From: Thermofilum pendens Hrk 5 | GTDB taxonomy: Archaea; Thermoproteota; Thermoprotei; Thermofilales; Thermofilaceae | Length of the DNA stretch: 32,000 bases | Assembly: GCF_000015225.1 (NCBI RefSeq) | Contig: NC_008698.1 | Location: 360,001 to 392,000 of the forward strand | Direction: 5' to 3' | In this document: one piece after another, positions 26,639-32,000 of the stretch | Layout of the letters: each line of letters opens with the position of its first letter | How positions within the stretch are numbered: position 1 is the stretch's first letter | Made by a program: the position numbers and the translations under genes | The notes under the pieces: model-generated | The model's input: only the letters and a program-made list of their open reading frames with translations | Told to the model about the DNA's origin: nothing | Databases searched by the model: none

Positions 26639-27664
26639 ATGGGCGTAAACCTTACTCCTCTGGTAAAGCCAAAGAAGATAGGTCTTCAAGGGGTACGCGG
26701 GAGGGTGCTCGCGGTAGACGCTTTGAACTCGGTGTACCAGTTCCTGGCTCTAGTAAGGGATGAACGCGGAATGTTGTTTACGAATTCGAGAGGCGAGGTA
26801 ACGTCGCACCTCATCGGGTTGCTGTCCCGTTACTCGAGGCTCGCCTACGAGTACGACGCGAGCTTTATCTTCGTCTTCGATGGATCCCCTCACCCCCTAA
26901 AGGCAAGGGAGCTAGAAAAGAGGAAAAAACAAAGAGAGAAGGCTAAGCAGGAGTACGCGGAGCTTCTCTCGAAGGGTGACCTCAGGAAGGCCTTCTCGAA
27001 GGCTGTGGTCTCTGCCGAGGTCGACGACCGCATAGTTGAGAGCACAAAGAGGCTAGTTAGGCTCATGGGGTTCCCCGTTGTTGACGCGGTGCACGACGCT
27101 GAAGCTCAAGCCGCCTACCTCGTGAAAAGGGGGGAGGCCTGGGCTGTAAGCTCCATGGACTGGGACTCGTTGCTGTACGGTTCGCCGAGGCTCGTAAGGT
27201 ACCTCACACTCACGGGGTTCGAGTGGCTTCCCAGCAAGCAAAAAGCGAGGAAACTCATTCCGGAACTAGTAACGTTAGAGGAGCTCCTAAGCGGGCACGG
27301 GATTACTCTGAGGCAACTCGTAGACATAGCCATACTCGTGGGGACAGACTACAACGAGGGCGTAAAAGGAGTTGGGCCTCTCCGGGCATTAAAGATGATT
27401 AAACGCTACGGATCGCTGGAAAACTTACCCGTTAGCGTACGGAGGCATCTCCCAGAGAACTACGAGGCCGTGAGGCAAATCTTTCTAAATCCTCCCTTAA
27501 ACGAGAAATACTCCCTGAGTTTCTCGCCACCAGATAAAGAGGGTTTAATGAAGTTCCTGGTGGACGAGAACGACTTCTCGCCTAAGAGAGTAGAAGTGTA
27601 CTTGAGGAGGCTCGAGGCCGCGTATGAGAGAAGGAAAGGCGGACTCACGAGGTTCCTCGCGTAG
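26639..27664 (+). CDS. fen: flap endonuclease 1 (FEN-1)
   Basis: 341 aa. It has MGVNLTPLV... and XPG-N/XPG-I motifs (AVDALNSVYQFL, FVFDGSPHPLK, EAEAQAAYL, SMDWDSLLYGSP, GTDYNEGVKGVGP) and a C-terminal PIP-like GGLTRFLA. Confidence 0.95.
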   Translation: MGVNLTPLVKPKKIGLQGVRGRVLAVDALNSVYQFLALVRDERGMLFTNSRGEVTSHLIGLLSRYSRLAYEYDASFIFVFDGSPHPLKARELEKRKKQREKAKQEYAELLSKGDLRKAFSKAVVSAEVDDRIVESTKRLVRLMGFPVVDAVHDAEAQAAYLVKRGEAWAVSSMDWDSLLYGSPRLVRYLTLTGFEWLPSKQKARKLIPELVTLEELLSGHGITLRQLVDIAILVGTDYNEGVKGVGPLRALKMIKRYGSLENLPVSVRRHLPENYEAVRQIFLNPPLNEKYSLSFSPPDKEGLMKFLVDENDFSPKRVEVYLRRLEAAYERRKGGLTRFLA

Positions 27665-27735
27665 CGCGGGCTACACGCGAACCCAGCGCGTTGTCGCTTT
27701 AAAGAAAACGTTGCTTTTAATTGCTAAAATGTTAG

Positions 27736-29349
27736 GTGTCTACGGGGTTCGTTGTGGCGCTCTTCCGAGAGCTCGTCGAAGCCGCCGAAGCCGCTGGGAG
27801 GGTTTCCGGCAGAAAGGAGAAAGTACGCATTCTCTCAGAGTTCCTTGGGAGGCTTTCCCCGGAGGAGGCTTCCATTGCGGCTAGGTTCCTCGCGGGGCAC
27901 GTCTTCCCTGAATACGATAACCGAGAACTGGGCGTCGGCTACTCACTTGTAAGAGAAGCGCTAAAGGTTCTCGATCAAAAGCCTCTTTTTCTCGTAGAAC
28001 CTCAACCACCCGCGATCACCGAGGTTTACCGGCTACTCGAGCGGATTGCCGGCGTGAGCGGTGAGGGTAGCAGGGAAAAGAAGCTGAAGCTTCTTGAGGG
28101 GCTATTCTCGAGGTTAAGCAGGAAAGAGGTTGAGTACTTGCTTCGCATACTGTTCGGGGAGGTTAGGATAGGTGCCAGCACAGGGCTACTCCTAGAAGCC
28201 ATATCTAGGCTATCGGGTGTGCCGTACGGAGACGTGCTTCACGCATACATGGTGCTGAGCGACGTGGGGGACGTCGCCTTCAAAGCACTGGAATCGCCTG
28301 CCGCGCTTGGAAAGGTGGACGTATCGCTGTTCCACCCTGTCAAGCCGATGCTTGCAGACATGGCTTACAATGTCGACGAGCTCTTCCAGGAGCATGGTAG
28401 CCCTCTCCACCTCGAGTACAAGTATGACGGGCTACGCGTACAGATTCACATGGGGAGGGGGAAGGTCAGAGTCTTTTCGAGGCGGCTCAGCGACATAACT
28501 GAGTACGTCCCAGACGTCGTGGAGCGCGCGGTGGAGGGGCTACACGTAGAGGAGGCGGTTGTTGACGGAGAAGCTGTAGCCGTAATTGGCGGTGCCCCAG
28601 TCCCTTTCCAGGAGTTGTTGCGAAGGGTTAGGCGGAAGAACGAGAGGGAAGACTTCCTCAAAAGCCTCCCCTTCGAGCTCCACCTCTTCGACGTGATATA
28701 CCTTAACGGAAAGTCGCTAGTCAGAGAGCCTTACTCTACTAGGAGCCGGCTACTCCGCGAGATCGTCGTGTCAGAGGAAATCCTGGCGAAGAAGACCGTG
28801 GCGTATACACGCCAGGAAGCCTTGGAGTTCTACGAGTCCGCTGTAAGGAGCGGTAACGAGGGGGTGATGTCTAAGCGGCACTCCTCGGTGTATAAACCCG
28901 GGATACGTGGGAGCGACTGGCTGAAGTTGAAGTCCTTCGACACCATCGACTGCGTCATTATAGCCGCGGAGTGGGGGCACGGCAGGAGGAGCGGGTGGCT
29001 AAGCGACTACCACCTTGGAGTGTACGACGAGGAGAGCGGGAGGTTCCTCTCTGTAGGCAAAACGTTCAAAGGGCTGAGTGATGCGGAGTTCGAAGAGATG
29101 ACGAAGCGGCTCTTACAGCTGAAGGTTAGGGAGGAGGGTTACGTCGTCTACGTGAAGCCCGAGATAGTGGTGGAGGTGGATTACAGCGAGATTCAGAGGA
29201 GTAAGCGGTACCCCTCGGGGTTCGCATTGAGATTCGCGCGCATTAGGCGTATACGCTTCGATAAGAGCCCCTACGAGGTTACAACCTTAAGGGAGCTCAG
29301 GGAAAGGTACTTGCGCTCCATACGCGCGAAGCGGTGGTCTCCGCAGTGA
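27736..29349 (+). CDS. lig: ATP-dependent DNA ligase
   Basis: 537 aa with adenylation motif [14 protein letters not shown] and later motifs EGVMSK, DWLKLK and the OB domain. GTG start. Confidence 0.93.
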
Positions 29350-30317
29350 GGCTCGGAGTACGCCCTATAGCGGACGAAAGCCTAGGAGTAAGATCCATGA
29401 GTATCCTCGTAGAGACACCCGATGTGAAGATACTCTTCGATGCATCGAGCTCCCTCGCCCCGCGCAGGTACGGGCTTCCCCCTCACCCCGAGGAGTTCAA
29501 GGCGCAACTGAGGGTTAGGGAGGAGATCTTGAAGGCTGCGTCGAGGGCCGACGTGGTCACAGTGTCTCATTACCACAGGGACCACTACAGCCCGCCCTAC
29601 GCCTCGCTCTACGAATGTCTACGCGAAAATGAGTACGAAGAAATCTACTCTGGGAAGGTGGTTGTCGCCAAGCACCCGGAGGAGCTCATCAATTACTCGC
29701 AGCGAAGGAGAGCTGAGGCTTTCCTGGAGGCTGTGAGGGGGAAGGCTAAAGAGATACACTTGCTGAACCAAGGCGTACTCCGGTTCGGCGGCACAGAGAT
29801 CGAAGCGTTCACGGCGCGCCACGGGGAAAGCCTTGGCTACGTGCTTTGCTTCGTGGTTAGGGTCGACGGAAGCCCGTTTCTCGCGTTTCTGCCCGACGTG
29901 CAGGGACCGGTAGACGACGAGGTCGTCGAGAAGATACTGGCGTACGCGCCAGAATACGTGGTGGTCGGCGGTCCTCCTCTATACCTCTCCGAGCAGAAAG
30001 TATCCGGGGAGGCTGTGGAGAAGGGGTTAAGGAACCTGGTGAGGCTCTTCACCTTAACCCAGCGCGGCACTAGGGTGATAGTATCGCACCACATGCTACG
30101 GGACCCGGAGTGGAGGGACGCGTTGATTCAGAGAGGGGTGCACGAGGACGAAATAGAGACGTATAGCTCGCTTCTAGGCTTGCCCTTCACGGGCCTTGAA
30201 GCTTACAGGAAGCTGCTTTTCTCTTCGAATCCTCCGCCCAGCGACTACGAGAATCTCCTCGAGAAGTTCAAGGGTAAGAGGTGCGACCTTTTACTAGAAT
30301 CGCTGGGCTTGCAGTAG
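29346..30317 (+). CDS. metallo-beta-lactamase-fold protein (UPF0282-like)
   Basis: [24 protein letters not shown] ... [12 protein letters not shown] fits the MBL HxHxDH region. The start is taken as GTG 29346, overlapping the ligase stop (GTGA). The ORF track's start is 29334. Confidence 0.65.
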
Positions 30318-30338
30318 TCATGCGTAGGCAACGGCCAA

Positions 30339-31247
30339 CTATTCGAAGAGCATTCCCAGGTACTCCTCGACGTTGAACTCCTTAAGGTCCTCGATGCCCT
30401 GACCCGTCCCAACGTAGAGCAACGGCTTCTTCGTCACGTACACTACTGACAGCGCAGCACCACCCCTGATGTCCGCGTCGAACTTTGTCAGTATGCTTCC
30501 ATCGAACCCGACCTCGCTGAAGAACGTTTTAGCTTGCTCTACGGCGTCGTTTCCCACAAGGGCGTCTCCAACAAACACCTTGAAGTCTGGAGAGGCCACT
30601 CTAGCTATCTTCTTCATTTCGTCCATAAGGTTCTTCTTTGTGTGCATTCTCCCCGCAGTATCTATGAGTACGACCTGGAAGTCGCCCTTCTCTCCTTTCT
30701 TCACAGCTTCGTAGGCCACAGCGGCGGGGTCAGCGTTGTAGCCCAGCGAGACAACTTCGGCGCCAGCCCTCGAAGCCCACTGGGAGACTTGCTCTATCGA
30801 GCCCGCCCTAAATGTATCGGCGGCAGCGATCGCTACTCTGTAGCCCTGCTTCCTAAACCTGTACGCAAGCTTAGCCACGGTGGTTGTTTTTCCGTGGCCG
30901 TTCGGCCCTAGGAAAAGTATTGAGAAGAAGCCCTTACCGGCTACCCCGCGTTTTACCAAGCCGTCGAGGTCCACGCTACCCGCCGAGAGAAAGACGTCCC
31001 TGATCAGTGCTCTGAGCTCGTCTAGCAAGGCCTTCCTCTTATCCGCGAACCTCCCAAGCTTCTTCCCGGAGATCCGCCCGGAGAGATCCGCTACAAGTGC
31101 CTCTGCAACCTCAAGCGCGACTCCTGCCTCGACGAGCCTCAACACGAATGCATCGGCGTGTCTTTTCAGTGTTTTCTCGTCTAGCTCAGTATACGCTACC
31201 TCCTCAATAATGGCGCTGAATACCTTACCAAGGCTAAGCTTAGGCAT
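30339..31247 (-). CDS. ftsY: signal recognition particle receptor FtsY
   Basis: SRP-GTPase NG domain with LFLGPNGHGKTTTVAKLA (G1), IDTAGR (G3) and TKFDAD (G4). Confidence 0.95.
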   Translation of the reverse strand: MPKLSLGKVFSAIIEEVAYTELDEKTLKRHADAFVLRLVEAGVALEVAEALVADLSGRISGKKLGRFADKRKALLDELRALIRDVFLSAGSVDLDGLVKRGVAGKGFFSILFLGPNGHGKTTTVAKLAYRFRKQGYRVAIAAADTFRAGSIEQVSQWASRAGAEVVSLGYNADPAAVAYEAVKKGEKGDFQVVLIDTAGRMHTKKNLMDEMKKIARVASPDFKVFVGDALVGNDAVEQAKTFFSEVGFDGSILTKFDADIRGGAALSVVYVTKKPLLYVGTGQGIEDLKEFNVEEYLGMLFE

Positions 31248-31252
31248 GACTG

Positions 31253-31651
31253 CTACCTAATGGAACTTTCAATCTCCCTTATCCTCGCTACTACCTTGTT
31301 CAAGTCGTTCATTCTCCTTTCGACAAGCTGGCTTAGCTCCTCCTTTCTCTTGTTCAGGAACTCTACGGCCTCGTCCAAGCTTTTCTCAACGAGTATATTC
31401 GAGCCTATCGCCACGAGGAATTTCTCCTGCCTCTTTATCGAAGCCCTCACATACACGCCGGCGGATACGGGAACCAGTATCTCCTTGCCATCCTCCAGCG
31501 AGCTTATATTCTTCAAGGCGAGGATCGCGGAGTCAACCTCCGCTATGAGAGTCTGCGCCAGCTGTATTTCGCGTTGAAGCTCCTCAGCAACCTGCGCCAG
31601 TACACTGTACTCCTCCGCTAACCTTTCCCGGGACTGCGCCAAGCCTTGCAC
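31253..31651 (-). CDS. pfdA: prefoldin alpha subunit
   Basis: 132 aa with two coiled-coil arms flanking the beta-hairpin region EILVPVSAGVYVRASI..EKFLVAIGSNILVEKSLDEA. It lies in the conserved LX-pfdA-ftsY order. Confidence 0.88.
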   Translation of the reverse strand: MQGLAQSRERLAEEYSVLAQVAEELQREIQLAQTLIAEVDSAILALKNISSLEDGKEILVPVSAGVYVRASIKRQEKFLVAIGSNILVEKSLDEAVEFLNKRKEELSQLVERRMNDLNKVVARIREIESSIR

Positions 31652-31653
31652 CC

Positions 31654-31911
31654 CTACGCGTATACCACAATTTTATCGGTTCTCGAAAGCTCTTTAACGT
31701 AGTTATCCTTCACGTTCTCCGGCGGTACCTCGGTTACACTCTCCACTTTTATGTGGTTCCTTGTAACCTTGTGGCGCGATCCAAGCAAGCTGTAAGCACT
31801 TTCGAGAACCTCCCTCTCGCTCAGCCCTCTAAGGTAAAGCGTGAACTTTCTCCGCTCGCCGTACCGAAGCACCATGTATCCCTTAACCTCGAACGTCTTG
31901 ACCTGAGCCAT
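31654..31911 (-). CDS. rplX: 50S ribosomal protein LX (L18Ae/L20A family)
   Basis: VKTFEVKGYMVLRYGERRKFTLYLRGLSEREVLESAYSLLGSRHKVTRNHIKVESV matches archaeal LX. The gene is immediately upstream of pfdA. Confidence 0.85.
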   Translation of the reverse strand: MAQVKTFEVKGYMVLRYGERRKFTLYLRGLSEREVLESAYSLLGSRHKVTRNHIKVESVTEVPPENVKDNYVKELSRTDKIVVYA

Positions 31912-32000
31912 ACCCTTTCGACCCCACGTATCGATGAGACCTTCCGCTCTTTTCTACGCTACTTACTTTTAAAGCTTTATGCGAGCGAGAAGCCTGAACT

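Overview
This window appears to come from a hyperthermophilic crenarchaeon that looks Desulfurococcales-like; the species cannot be determined from the sequence alone. The evidence is very GC-rich rRNAs next to roughly 55% GC coding DNA, TATA-box promoters with short or absent leaders, and a tRNA carrying an insertion at a non-canonical position. Most of the window is core information-processing DNA. It holds a 16S-23S rRNA operon on the minus strand (about 2972-7796) with long processing stems. It also holds two tRNAs, and adjacent SRP RNA and RNase P RNA genes that the ORF track covers with spurious GC-rich ORFs. Many housekeeping genes are recognisable: Spt4, Spt5, SecE, RpoE', aIF5A, deoxyhypusine synthase, aIF1A, SerRS, OTCase, L37e, LSm, S6e, LX, prefoldin alpha, FtsY, FEN-1, DNA ligase, thioredoxin, a UbiD-family decarboxylase, archaeal PPAT and an AglH-type GT4 transferase. 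The stand-out accessory feature is a diverged direct duplication of a ~1.83-kb cassette (20074-21903 and 24001-25833). Each unit carries a small acidic helical ORF on the minus strand, divergently paired with a 474/485-aa ORF of unknown function on the plus strand. That large ORF has a weak LAGLIDADG-like signature and, from memory only, resembles PaREP2-type crenarchaeal repeat proteins. Each unit also has conserved promoter and palindrome blocks and a tandem GGTTTACAAA motif at its left border. One small-gene copy is frameshifted at a (GC)4 tract, and the 3' ends of the large genes are nearly identical, which looks like a gene-conversion tract. The two units bracket essential translation genes, and the first lies directly downstream of a solitary C5 DNA methyltransferase. 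No CRISPR array, IS element or integrase was seen.
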